A stretch of DNA of 64,000 bases from Thalassobaculaceae bacterium. Lineage in GTDB: Bacteria; Pseudomonadota; Alphaproteobacteria; Thalassobaculales; Thalassobaculaceae. The translations under genes were made by a program, and so were the position numbers. Positions 10,147 through 19,397 of the stretch are shown one piece after another. A model generated the notes under the pieces. That model worked only from the letters and a program-made list of their open reading frames with translations, searched no databases and was not told the DNA's origin. Position 1 is the stretch's first letter; each line of letters begins with the position of its first letter. The DNA lies in the NCBI GenBank assembly GCA_965228875.1, contig OZ245843.1:2090616-2154615 (forward strand). Reading direction: 5' to 3'.

Positions 10147-11082
10147 TCAGGCGCCGGGCGGCTTCGGCCGCCCCTCGCAGCGCCGCCCTTCGCTGCGATA
10201 AACGACCCAGGTGCTGGCGAGGACCAGGGCGGACCCCGCCAGCACCACCGGTCCCGGCCAATCGCCGAAGGCGAAGAAGCCGATGAGCAGCGCCCAGATC
10301 ATCTTCGAGTAGTTCATCGGCGCGATGGTCGCCGCCGGCGCGTGGTACAGGGCGCGGGTGGTCATGTACTGCGCTCCACCCGACGCCAGGCCCATGGCCA
10401 CCAACCCGGCGAGCTGCCACGGCGTCGGCGTCACCCACACGGCCGGCAGCAGCGGCATCACCATGACCGAGGACAGGGCCATGAACAGGAAGACGATGGT
10501 GATCGTGCTGTCGTGCTTGCTGAGATGGCGGGCGACCAGCGTGGCGCAGGCGGCGAGGATCGTGCCGCTCAGACTGTAGAGGGCACCCTCGCGGATCACG
10601 TCGCCGCTCGGCTGCACCATGAACATCACGCCGGCGAAACCGACGGCGACGGCCGCCCATTTCACCCAGCCGACCCGCTCGCCCAGCAGCGGCGCCGACA
10701 GGGCGGTGATGATCAGCGGCGAGGCGAAGTTGATCGCCGTCGCATCGGCCAGGGGCAGACGCTGGTATCCTGCGAAGATCAGACCGATCCCGCCCGACAT
10801 GACGGCGGCATGGAGCAGGTGCCAGTGGGGCATCCGCGTCGCCAGCGATCGGCGCCGGGCAATGAAAAGGATCACGACCCCCAGCGGCACCATGGCGAAG
10901 ACGTTCCGGAAGACCATGATCTGCACGACCGGAAACAGCTCGGTCTGCGCCTTGACCACGCCGTTCAGGATCGAGAACAGCAGAAGGCCGACGAGCATCA
11001 GGAGGATGCCGCGCCGGCCGTCCGGCTCGGGAGGGGCCGGCGGGACCGGATCCGCCGACGTGGCGGGATCGGCGGTCGCCAT
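10147..11082 (-). CDS. DMT/EamA family transporter
   Basis: Multiple TM helices; LPLADATAI, LLGERVG...W, APMNY. Confidence 0.87.
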   Translation of the reverse strand: MATADPATSADPVPPAPPEPDGRRGILLMLVGLLLFSILNGVVKAQTELFPVVQIMVFRNVFAMVPLGVVILFIARRRSLATRMPHWHLLHAAVMSGGIGLIFAGYQRLPLADATAINFASPLIITALSAPLLGERVGWVKWAAVAVGFAGVMFMVQPSGDVIREGALYSLSGTILAACATLVARHLSKHDSTITIVFLFMALSSVMVMPLLPAVWVTPTPWQLAGLVAMGLASGGAQYMTTRALYHAPAATIAPMNYSKMIWALLIGFFAFGDWPGPVVLAGSALVLASTWVVYRSEGRRCEGRPKPPGA

Positions 11083-11094
11083 GGGTGGCCTCCG

Positions 11095-12093
11095 TCAGTA
11101 GGTGGCGAAGATCCGCTCGATCTCGGCCGGATCGCTCGTCACCGCCAGGGCGAAGGCGAGAAGGATACGGGCCTTCTGGGGGTTGAGGTTGTCGGCGATG
11201 AGGAAACCGTTCGCGGTGAGTTTGGTGCTCTTGAAGGTGCGCCCGCTGCCGGCACGGGTCGACTGGACGACGACGATGCCCTTGCCCACAGCCTCCTTCA
11301 GCGGCTCCTCGTCGCCCGGGCCGCAGAAACCCGGCGCGAAGCCGGCCGAAACGATGCCCTTGGCGCCGGCCTCGACAAAGGCCCGGACCGCCGTGCCATC
11401 GGCGCCGCAATAGGCGTAGGCGATGTCGACCCGCGGCAGGCTGTCCATCGCGCGGATGTCGAATTCGGTGTCCGGAGCATGTCGGCGCAGCGGCTTGCGG
11501 TAGAATGCCACCGCGTCGCCATCGGCATGGCCGAGACAGCCGAAATCGGGCGTGCGGAAGGTCTGCATCCGGTAGGTGGAGGTCTTCGTCACCTCGCGGG
11601 CCGACTGGATCTCGTCGTTGAGCAGGGTCATCACGCCCATGCTCCTAGCCTGCGGGCTGGCCGCCGTGCGGATGCCGTTCACCAGGTTGAACCCGGCATC
11701 TGTCGACAGCGCGCTGGACGGCCGCTGGGAGCCGATCACCACCACCGGCAACTCGGTCTTGACCGTCAGATGAAGGACATAGGCCGTCTCCTCCAGCGAG
11801 GCGGTGCCGTGGGTAACGACGAATCCGGCGAGACCAGGATTAGCCGCCGCCACCTCGTCGATCTTGAGCACCAGTTCCTTCCATTCGGCGAAGCCCATGG
11901 AGGGGCTCGGAATGGCGCGGAACGGCACCACGAGGACGTCGGCGACCTCGTGTACCTCGGGGAACAGCTCGACGATCCTGTCGACCTCGAGCATGGAGTT
12001 GTTGGCCCCGTAGTCGAGGATGTCGAGGGGACCCTTGCCGATCGACGCGATGGTGCCACCGGTGCCGATCACTGCGACCTTGGGCTTGCTCAT
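11095..12093 (-). CDS. Asparaginase/glutaminase family amidohydrolase (variant HGTAS motif)
   Basis: GTGGTIAS, THGTASLEETAY, PVVVIGSQRP, AREVTKT, DNLNPQKARILL. Start ATG overlaps the upstream stop (ATGA). Confidence 0.88.
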   Translation of the reverse strand: MSKPKVAVIGTGGTIASIGKGPLDILDYGANNSMLEVDRIVELFPEVHEVADVLVVPFRAIPSPSMGFAEWKELVLKIDEVAAANPGLAGFVVTHGTASLEETAYVLHLTVKTELPVVVIGSQRPSSALSTDAGFNLVNGIRTAASPQARSMGVMTLLNDEIQSAREVTKTSTYRMQTFRTPDFGCLGHADGDAVAFYRKPLRRHAPDTEFDIRAMDSLPRVDIAYAYCGADGTAVRAFVEAGAKGIVSAGFAPGFCGPGDEEPLKEAVGKGIVVVQSTRAGSGRTFKSTKLTANGFLIADNLNPQKARILLAFALAVTSDPAEIERIFATY

Positions 12094-12806
12094 TCGGCGG
12101 CCACCGTGGCAGCGGAACCGGCATTCTTGTGGAGGAGCCCGACCAGTTCGTCGGTCGAGTAGATGTCGCCGAAGGTCAGGTAGAAGTTCGTCAGGGCGGA
12201 GTTGTGCTCGATATCGGTGATCGCGGCGTTGCCGTCGGTCACCATGATGGTCTTGTAGTTCAGCATCATCGCATCGCGCGCCGAGGACTCGCAGCACACG
12301 TTGGTCAGCGTGCCGGTGATGAGCACCGTATCGATCCCCTCGGCCTGCAGGATCCCGTGCAGGTCGGACGACCCCTCGATGAAGGCCGAGTAGCGGTTCT
12401 TGAGCACCTTCCGGTCGCCCTCCTTCACGTCGAGCTCGGCCCAGAGCTGATGGCCGACGCCACCCGGCGACATGGATTCGATCCGCTTCGCGACCTTGGC
12501 CGGCGGCGTCATCGCGTGCAGGTTCGACCAGGTCTCCATGCAATCGGCGTCATGGGCGTTCTGGATCCAGTAGACCTGCCCGCCGGTAGCGCGCACGGCC
12601 TCGGCCAGCTTGTTGACGTTCGGGACGATGTCGCGGGCCTGGACGCAGAGCGCGTGTGCCACGTCGTCCATCATGAAGCCGTTCTGCAGGTCGATGACGA
12701 TCAGCGCGGTCTTCGACGAGTCGAGATCGGCGTGCGGATGCGGCGTGCCCAGCCGCGCGGTCACGAAGTCGATCACGCGTTGGGAAATATCGGTCTTGTT
12801 CATCAT
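12090..12806 (-). CDS. Isochorismatase-family cysteine hydrolase
   Basis: D-K-C triad: ALIVIDLQNGF, KNRYSAF, GTLTNVCCESSARDA. Confidence 0.9.
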   Translation of the reverse strand: MMNKTDISQRVIDFVTARLGTPHPHADLDSSKTALIVIDLQNGFMMDDVAHALCVQARDIVPNVNKLAEAVRATGGQVYWIQNAHDADCMETWSNLHAMTPPAKVAKRIESMSPGGVGHQLWAELDVKEGDRKVLKNRYSAFIEGSSDLHGILQAEGIDTVLITGTLTNVCCESSARDAMMLNYKTIMVTDGNAAITDIEHNSALTNFYLTFGDIYSTDELVGLLHKNAGSAATVAAE

Positions 12807-12847
12807 GTCGGCCTCCCTGGCGACGGCATTCCTTCGGTTTCGAGCAG

Positions 12848-13864
12848 CTATTCGGCGGGGACGAGTTCCTTCTGGCGGACGCTGTCCGGCGCCACCTTGA
12901 TGCAGCGGGCCATGCGCCCGGCGTCGAAGAGGACCTCCGGCGGCAGCTCCGCGGTGCAGGCGGGTTCGGCGTACCTGCAGCGCGGGGCGAAGGCGCAGCC
13001 CGGTGGCATGGCGCGCAGGTCCGGCGGGCTGCCGGGGATCGCCTCGATGTCCTTACCGCGCATGTCGCCGTGCACGGTCGAGGACAGCATCCCCTGGGTA
13101 TAGGGGTGCTTCGGGTTGCCGAGCACCTCCTTCACCGTGCCGGTCTCCACGATCCGGCCGGCGTACATGACCGCGACCCGGTCGGCGATCTCCGCCGCGA
13201 CGCCAAGGTCGTGGGTCACGAAGATCACCCCCATCCCCATCTCGGCCTGAAGCTTGCGCAGCAGGATCAGGACCTGGATCTGGACGGTGGCGTCGAGCGC
13301 CGTGGTCGGCTCGTCCGCCAGCAGCAGCTTCGGGCGGCACGACAGTGCCATGGCGATCATCGCCCGTTGGCGCAGTCCACCGGACAGCTCGTGCGGGAAC
13401 GCCTTCAGACGCCGCTCGGCGGACGGCACCTTGACCAGTTCGAGCAGTTCGAGCGCCCGCTCCATCCCCTTCTCGTAGGTACAGCCCTCGTGCCGGCGCA
13501 CGGTTTCGGCGATCTGATGGCCGACCGAATAGACCGGATCGAGCGCGGTCATCGGCTCCTGGAAGATCATCGAGACCAGGCCGCCGCGCAGATCCGACAG
13601 CTCCCTGCCCTTCATCGACAGCACGTCGCGACCGTCCACCTCGACGGTGCCGGCGATCCGGGCGCGACGCTCCGGCAGCAGGCGCATCAGCGCCCGCATG
13701 CTCACGCTCTTTCCCGAACCGGACTCGCCGATGATGCACAGCACCTCGCCCGGGTCGAGCGTGAGGTTGACGTCGTTCACCGCATTGACCGTGGTCTCGC
13801 GGGTCACGAACTTGACGTTCAGGTCCTTGAGATGAACCAGCGGCGTCCGTCCGGTCATTGTCAT
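12848..13864 (-). CDS. Dpp/Opp ABC transporter ATP-binding subunit (DppD-like)
   Basis: GESGSGKS, LSGGLRQR, ADEPTTALD, HPYT, C-terminal PPGCAFAPRC. Confidence 0.92.
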   Translation of the reverse strand: MTMTGRTPLVHLKDLNVKFVTRETTVNAVNDVNLTLDPGEVLCIIGESGSGKSVSMRALMRLLPERRARIAGTVEVDGRDVLSMKGRELSDLRGGLVSMIFQEPMTALDPVYSVGHQIAETVRRHEGCTYEKGMERALELLELVKVPSAERRLKAFPHELSGGLRQRAMIAMALSCRPKLLLADEPTTALDATVQIQVLILLRKLQAEMGMGVIFVTHDLGVAAEIADRVAVMYAGRIVETGTVKEVLGNPKHPYTQGMLSSTVHGDMRGKDIEAIPGSPPDLRAMPPGCAFAPRCRYAEPACTAELPPEVLFDAGRMARCIKVAPDSVRQKELVPAE

Positions 13865-13878
13865 GGTCCGTCCTCCCC

Positions 13879-15015
13879 TCAGTCGCCGCCGGCCATCGCC
13901 GCGCCCTGCGCGGGGGCCGGCGTTCCGGAGGATGCGGCGACGGCCATGGAGTGACCGGAGCGCGGCGTGAACATGTGACAGGCGGTGACATGCGCCGCCG
14001 CCGCATCCCAGTCGCCGAGGACCGGTCGATCCACCTCGCAGATCTTCTCGGCGAACCGGCAGCGGGTACGGAACCGACACCCGGATGGCGGATTGATCGG
14101 GTTCGGAGGATCGCCCACCAACGGCGGCTCCTCGATCCGGTCCTCCGGGTCCATCGACAGGCGCGAAGCCAGGAGCGCCTTGGTGTAGGGATGCTTGGGG
14201 CGCGCGTAGATCTCGTCGACCGGGCCGATCTCGACCACCTCGCCGAGATACATCACCAGCACCCGGTCGCTGACATATTGGACGACGTTGAGGTCGTGAG
14301 AGATGAAGACGTAGGTCAGATTGAAGTGCTGCTTGAGGTAGCGCAGCAGGTTCAGCACCTGCGCCTCGACCGATTTGTCGAGCGCCGACACCGCCTCGTC
14401 GAGGATCACGACCCGCGGTTCCAGCACCAGGGCGCGGGCGATGTTCACCCGCTGCTTCTGACCGCCGGACAGCTCGTGCGGATAGCGCGGGCCGAACAGG
14501 CTCGGGTCGAGACCGACCTTGGTCAGCAGTTCCCGCGCGGCGTCCTTCGCCTCGGCCTCGCTCGCGCCGTGGACCTTCTTGCCGTAGGAGATCGAGTCCT
14601 CGATCGGCATGCGCGGGTTCAGCGACGAATAGGAGTCCTGGAACACCATCTGCATCAGCCGGCGCATGTCGCGGACCGACAGGCCGTCATTGGCGCCGAC
14701 GGCGTCGCCATCGAAGATGAGCTCGCCGGAGTCCGGCTCGATCAGGTGCATGAGCAGCCGAGCGAGCGTGGACTTGCCGCAGCCGGACTCGCCGACCACG
14801 CCCAGGGTCTCGCCCTTCATCACCGTGAAGCTCACCCCGTCGACCGCACGGACGTGACCGACCGTACGGTTCAGGACGCCGCCCGTGATCGGGAAGTGCT
14901 TCTTCAGTTCGCGCGCGATCAGCATCGGCTGCGCCTCGCCGCCGCGATCGCGCCTGTCCCGCCGCTCGACCGGGCTGAGTGCCGGCGCCGGACGTGTTTC
15001 CTCGGTGACGGTCAT
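13879..15015 (-). CDS. Dpp/Opp ABC transporter ATP-binding subunit (DppF-like)
   Basis: GESGCGKST, LSGGQKQR, DEAVSALD, PPSGCRFRTRC. Confidence 0.92.
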   Translation of the reverse strand: MTVTEETRPAPALSPVERRDRRDRGGEAQPMLIARELKKHFPITGGVLNRTVGHVRAVDGVSFTVMKGETLGVVGESGCGKSTLARLLMHLIEPDSGELIFDGDAVGANDGLSVRDMRRLMQMVFQDSYSSLNPRMPIEDSISYGKKVHGASEAEAKDAARELLTKVGLDPSLFGPRYPHELSGGQKQRVNIARALVLEPRVVILDEAVSALDKSVEAQVLNLLRYLKQHFNLTYVFISHDLNVVQYVSDRVLVMYLGEVVEIGPVDEIYARPKHPYTKALLASRLSMDPEDRIEEPPLVGDPPNPINPPSGCRFRTRCRFAEKICEVDRPVLGDWDAAAAHVTACHMFTPRSGHSMAVAASSGTPAPAQGAAMAGGD

Positions 15016-15026
15016 CGGCTCGCTCC

Positions 15027-15929
15027 TCAAAGTCGGACATCCATGGCCGCGCGCAATCCGTCGCTGACCAGGTTGAAACAGATCGAGGTGATCAGGATCG
15101 CCACCCCTGGGATCGCGCACACGATCGGGTTGATGTAGATGGCCTGGCGCAGGGTGTTCAGCATCAGCCCCCAGTCCGGTTCCGGCGGGGTGACGCCGAG
15201 GCCCAGGAAGGACAGGCCCGAGGCCAGCAGGATGCTGACGCTCACCATGCTGGACGAGTAGACCAGGATCGGTCCCAGCACATTGCCCAGGATATGGACG
15301 CGGATGATGCTGAGCGTCCCGGCGCCGGTGGCTCGGGCCGCCTCGACGAAATCGAGGTTTCGCACCTGCGACGTCGCGGTCTCCGCGACGCGGCAGAGCG
15401 GCGGGATGAACACCAGGGTCAGGGACAGCATGCCGTTGGCGATGCCCCCCCCCATCGCGCCCGAGATCGCCACCGCCAGAAGGATCGACGGAAAGGCGTA
15501 GAACACGTCGACGGTACGCATGATGATCATGTTGGCCCGCCCGCCGACGAAGCCGGCGATGATGCCGAGCGTGCCGCCGACGAGCGTTGCCAGCAGCACC
15601 GGCAGGATGCCCATGGCGAGCGAGATCCGGCCGCCATAGAGCAGCCGGGAGAGGATGTCGCGCCCGAGCTCGTCGGTGCCCAGCAGGAAGTCCTTGTAGC
15701 CGATCGGCTTCAGCCGGTTGATCAGGCTGCTCTCGTAAGGGTCCATCGGCGCAAGCAGGGGGGCGAAGATCGCCGAGAGGATGATGAGAACCACCATCGC
15801 GCCGAAGAACAGGGTCAGATAGTCGTAGCGCAGCCGGTAGCCGACATTCTGCCAGTAGCTGCGGACCTTGACCGCCGGCGCGCCCTGGACGGCAGCGGCG
15901 TCGGCCGGGGACATCGTGATGTTCGCCAT
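15027..15929 (-). CDS. Dpp/Opp ABC permease (DppC-like)
   Basis: LGTDELGRDILSRL, FVEAARATGA, LSFLGLG. Confidence 0.92.
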   Translation of the reverse strand: MANITMSPADAAAVQGAPAVKVRSYWQNVGYRLRYDYLTLFFGAMVVLIILSAIFAPLLAPMDPYESSLINRLKPIGYKDFLLGTDELGRDILSRLLYGGRISLAMGILPVLLATLVGGTLGIIAGFVGGRANMIIMRTVDVFYAFPSILLAVAISGAMGGGIANGMLSLTLVFIPPLCRVAETATSQVRNLDFVEAARATGAGTLSIIRVHILGNVLGPILVYSSSMVSVSILLASGLSFLGLGVTPPEPDWGLMLNTLRQAIYINPIVCAIPGVAILITSICFNLVSDGLRAAMDVRL

Positions 15930-15947
15930 GGGGTGTGCTCCTCGGCC

Positions 15948-16904
15948 TCAGCTGCGCTTCAGGCGCGGGTCGACCATGGTCTGCAGCAGGTCGATCACCA
16001 GGTTCGTGGCGACGAAGATCATCGCCAGGATGAGGATCGTGCCCTGCAGCATCGGCAGGTCGCGGGTCAGGATCGCCTTGTTCAGCAGGAAGCCGGTTCC
16101 GGGCCAGGTGAAGATGGTCTCCACCAGGATCGACCCACCCATGAGGTAGCCGAACTGCAGCCCCATCACCGCGAGCACCTGGGGCAGGGAGTTCTTGACC
16201 ACGTGAACGAGGATCTCGCGCTCGCTCAGCCCCTTGGCCCGCAGCGTCTCGACGAAATCCTGGTTCAGCACCTCGGCGACCGCCGCGCGGGTCGTGCGGG
16301 TGATGATGCCGATCGGGATCATCGACAGCGTGACCATCGGCATCAGCAGGTGGCGGAAGTGGTTCCACTCCCAGAAATTGAAGGTGTCGGAGCCGCGTGG
16401 ACCCATCCCCGTCGCCGGAAGCACGTTCAGTTCCACGGCGAAGATGATGACCAGGACGATCCCCAGCCAGTAGTTGGGAATGCTGACGCCGATCACGGCG
16501 ATGCCGGTGACGCCGCGGTCGACCGGGCCACCGGCATGGTAGCCGGCGACCAGACCCATGACGAAGGCCAGCGAGAAGGCCACCATCACGGCGCCGGCCG
16601 CCAGCAGCATGGTGTTGCCGAGGGCCTTGAACAGGTCGTCCGTGACGGCGCGGCCGGTGGCGATCGACTGACCGAAATCGCCGGTCAGGACCTTTCCGAG
16701 CCAGATCGCGTACTGGACCGGGATCGGCTTGTCGAAACCGTAGGCCTTCTTGACCATCTCGATGGTCTCGGCGCTGGCGTCCTCGGGCAGGATGGTCTGC
16801 AGCGGATCGCCCGGCGCGATGTAGACCAGGGCGAAGCAGACGATGCTGACGCCCAGCGCAATGGGGATCGCGTACAGCAGTCGGCGCAGGATATAGGCGG
16901 TCAT
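15948..16904 (-). CDS. Dpp/Opp ABC permease (DppB-like)
   Basis: APGDP, GDFGQS, DFVETLRAKGL, LVETIFTWPG, VDPR. Confidence 0.92.
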   Translation of the reverse strand: MTAYILRRLLYAIPIALGVSIVCFALVYIAPGDPLQTILPEDASAETIEMVKKAYGFDKPIPVQYAIWLGKVLTGDFGQSIATGRAVTDDLFKALGNTMLLAAGAVMVAFSLAFVMGLVAGYHAGGPVDRGVTGIAVIGVSIPNYWLGIVLVIIFAVELNVLPATGMGPRGSDTFNFWEWNHFRHLLMPMVTLSMIPIGIITRTTRAAVAEVLNQDFVETLRAKGLSEREILVHVVKNSLPQVLAVMGLQFGYLMGGSILVETIFTWPGTGFLLNKAILTRDLPMLQGTILILAMIFVATNLVIDLLQTMVDPRLKRS

Positions 16905-16942
16905 CGGGGGGTCCTCGGCTCGGTGACGGCTCTGGCGAGGAT

Positions 16943-16979
16943 GGCCCGGCCGACCCTGGATGGGGCGGCCGGCCGGGCC
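16943..16979 (-). other. Intercistronic GC hairpin after the binding-protein gene
   Basis: GGCCCGGCCG...CGGCCGGGCC inverted repeat between the SBP and permease genes. Confidence 0.45.
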
Positions 16980-16995
16980 GGGATTGGGTCGGGGC

Positions 16996-18582
16996 TTACT
17001 CGACCACGATCGGGGTCAGGTCCTGGAACCAGCTCTGGGCCTGGACGAAACCCTTCACGTTCGGGGCGATGGCCCGCGGGTTGATGTCATGGGCGACCAT
17101 GAGCTTCACCGCGTCGTCGACCATCAGTTCATGCAGCTTGGTCAGCTTCTCCATCCGGACCTTCGGATCGAAGGCGTTGTAGATCTCGTCGATCACGGCA
17201 TCGACCTCGGGGTTGGAGTAGTGCCCCCAGTTCGAGCCCTTCGGCGCATGCTGCTTGGTGTAGACGTGGCGGATCAGGGCGCTGAACGGATCCTGCAGGG
17301 CGCGGCTGATGTTGATGCCGTCGATCTGCGGGTTCTTCTCCCGGCCCGGCCGGCCGACGTCGAGCAGCGCGTTCCAGTCCATGACGTCGAGGTTGGTCTC
17401 GAAACCGACCGCATCGAGCTGGCTCTTCACCAGTTCGTTCATCGGCAGCGGCTGCATCTGACCGGAGCCGGAGGTGGAGATCGCCAGCGTGATCTCGCAG
17501 GGATAGCAGCCCGCCTCCTTCAGCAGGGCGGTCGCCTTCTCCGGATCGTACTCGTACTTGTAGGTCGGGTTCCCGTAATACGGGGTCGAGGCGGGAACCA
17601 CGCCGTAGCCCTCGGCCATGTAGCCCCCGAGCAGCGCCTTCATCTCACCGCGGTTCAGGGCGTAGTTGGCCGCCCGGCGCACCTTCACGTCCTTGAACGG
17701 GCCATCCACGAAGTTGAGCTGATACGACCAGTTGTGCGGATACGGCGCGGTGACGATCTCCATCCCCGACGACTCGAGCCGGGGAATGGTGTCCGGCGAC
17801 GGCGCCTCGACGAAATCGACCTGACCGGACAGCAGGGCCGCCGCGCGCGTGGTCGCCTCCGGCATCGGAATCAGGACCAGGCGGTCGTGCTTGGGAACCC
17901 GCGTCTCGTCCCAGTACTCGGCGTTCTTTACCAGTTCGAGGCGTTCCTGGGGCACCAGGGCGTCGAACTTGTACGGGCCGGTGCCCGACGGATCCATGGC
18001 GTACTTCTCGTAGTCGTTGCCGAGCTCCGTCAGCTTGCACCGGCTGATCATGAACCAGTAGGAGAGCTGATAGGGGAAGAGCGCGTCCGGCTGCTTGGTG
18101 ATGAACGCGACCTTGTGGTCGTCGATGATCTCGACCTTGTCGATGATGCCGGTCCGGTTGCGGATGGCGGCGAACTGCTTGGCGCTGAACTGCGGCGCGT
18201 CCTCGTCCGATACCCGGGCGAAGTTCCAGGCCACGTCCTCGGCGGTGAAGTCGCATCCGTCGTGCCACTTCACGCCCTTGCGCAGCTCGACGATCCATCG
18301 GGTCGTGTCGTTGGGATCGATCTCCCACGACGTCGCCAGACCGGGCTTGATGTCGGCCGCTGTCTCGCCCTGGGAGAGGTCCCAGAGCACGAGGGCGTCG
18401 TAGAGATTGTATCCGACGAACCGATAGCCCTCGAACCCCTGATCGGGCTGACCTATCGTCACCGGGATGTCGCCTGCCGTCATCGCGACGCGCAGGACGG
18501 ACTCGGCCGCGGCCGGGACCGCCGCCGTCGCCAGTCCCGCAGACACGGCGATGGCCGATGCCAGTGTCCTGAAATTTAGCAT
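16996..18582 (-). CDS. ABC transporter substrate-binding protein, family 5
   Basis: Signal peptide MLNFRTL...AAAES; LRKGVKWHDG.DFTAEDV, GTGPYKF, VRRAANYALNR; GGAGG RBS. Confidence 0.92.
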   Translation of the reverse strand: MLNFRTLASAIAVSAGLATAAVPAAAESVLRVAMTAGDIPVTIGQPDQGFEGYRFVGYNLYDALVLWDLSQGETAADIKPGLATSWEIDPNDTTRWIVELRKGVKWHDGCDFTAEDVAWNFARVSDEDAPQFSAKQFAAIRNRTGIIDKVEIIDDHKVAFITKQPDALFPYQLSYWFMISRCKLTELGNDYEKYAMDPSGTGPYKFDALVPQERLELVKNAEYWDETRVPKHDRLVLIPMPEATTRAAALLSGQVDFVEAPSPDTIPRLESSGMEIVTAPYPHNWSYQLNFVDGPFKDVKVRRAANYALNRGEMKALLGGYMAEGYGVVPASTPYYGNPTYKYEYDPEKATALLKEAGCYPCEITLAISTSGSGQMQPLPMNELVKSQLDAVGFETNLDVMDWNALLDVGRPGREKNPQIDGINISRALQDPFSALIRHVYTKQHAPKGSNWGHYSNPEVDAVIDEIYNAFDPKVRMEKLTKLHELMVDDAVKLMVAHDINPRAIAPNVKGFVQAQSWFQDLTPIVVE

Positions 18583-18744
18583 TGTAAAGCCTCCTTGCGT
18601 GTACCCGCCGCGCCACTCGCAACGCCTGTCGGACGGCTCCCACGCTTGCACGTGCCCCTGAAGCCGCCCGGCGCCGTCCAACCGACCGGCTCCCGCGTCA
18701 GGGGGAGAGGCCGGTCGGCTTTCCGCGACATGGCTTTGGCGTTC

Positions 18745-18760
18745 TGCAATCAGCGTGCCG
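18745..18760 (-). promoter_or_regulatory. Sigma-54 (-24/-12) promoter for the ABC/hydrolase operon
   Basis: Minus strand CGGCACG-CTGA-TTGCA fits YGGCACG-N4-TTGCW, about 160 bp upstream of the SBP start. Confidence 0.75.
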
Positions 18761-18767
18761 GAGGCCA

Positions 18768-18787
18768 ATAATTGTATCCAATTTAGC
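18768..18787. promoter_or_regulatory. Candidate GntR operator, copy 2
   Basis: Identical to 8401-8420; 7 bp from the sigma-54 motif. Confidence 0.7.
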
Positions 18788-19112
18788 GAGGCGTTTGGGC
18801 TCGCCGGAATGCGACCCGAGAAAAACGCCAACAGATTCAACAGGAAAAGCCACGAAATCGCGCGAAGAGTGACCATGACCGGCCCCGTCAAAGGTTGCCG
18901 GCACGCTCCACCCAAGCCTCCGACGACCAACGGCTGACGGGAATTGTGCACATCAAGCGCCCAAAACCTGCGCAATCGCTGTCCACTCTTCCGATATCCG
19001 CGAAACTCTGAGAGCTGAGCACCGCTGGAACGCCGATTTTCCGCCAGTTCCCACCGAAGCAACCGCCGGTATTTTGTGCACTGCAAAAACGCTGGACGGA
19101 TACCGTGCCATT

Positions 19113-19123
19113 TTGGATACAAT
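19113..19123. promoter_or_regulatory. Candidate GntR operator, copy 3 (inverted core)
   Basis: TTGGATACAAT is the reverse complement of ATTGTATCCAA; upstream of amidase operon 2. Confidence 0.6.
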
Positions 19124-19178
19124 CTCGGAACGCGCGGGCATTCCCCTGCGCGCCTCCGCCATATCCAGGGGTTCCGCC

Positions 19179-19397
19179 ATGTCCACCGATGATCGATCCG
19201 CAACCATGCGCCAGGCCTTTGACGCGATGACCGCCCTGGCAGGCCTCACTCTGCCGCCCGACCGGGTGGAGACGATCTACGAAGGCTTTGTCGGCCTGCA
19301 GGCCATGACCGCGGATCTGCGCCGGCCCCGCACCGCGGCGGCGGAGCCGGCGGGCATCTTCGTGGCCGACACCGTCACCCGGGGAGACCTGTCATGA
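19179..19397 (+). CDS. Small amidase partner protein (AtzG/GatC-like), copy 2
   Basis: 72 aa; AGLTLPPDR...LRRPRTAAAEPAGIF; stop overlaps the amidase start. Confidence 0.72.
   Translation: MSTDDRSATMRQAFDAMTALAGLTLPPDRVETIYEGFVGLQAMTADLRRPRTAAAEPAGIFVADTVTRGDLS

Noticed and set aside
15445..15453. C9 homopolymer in the DppC-like gene as a phase switch
   Set aside because: In frame (Met-Gly-Gly-Gly region) in an intact gene; unremarkable in GC-rich DNA.
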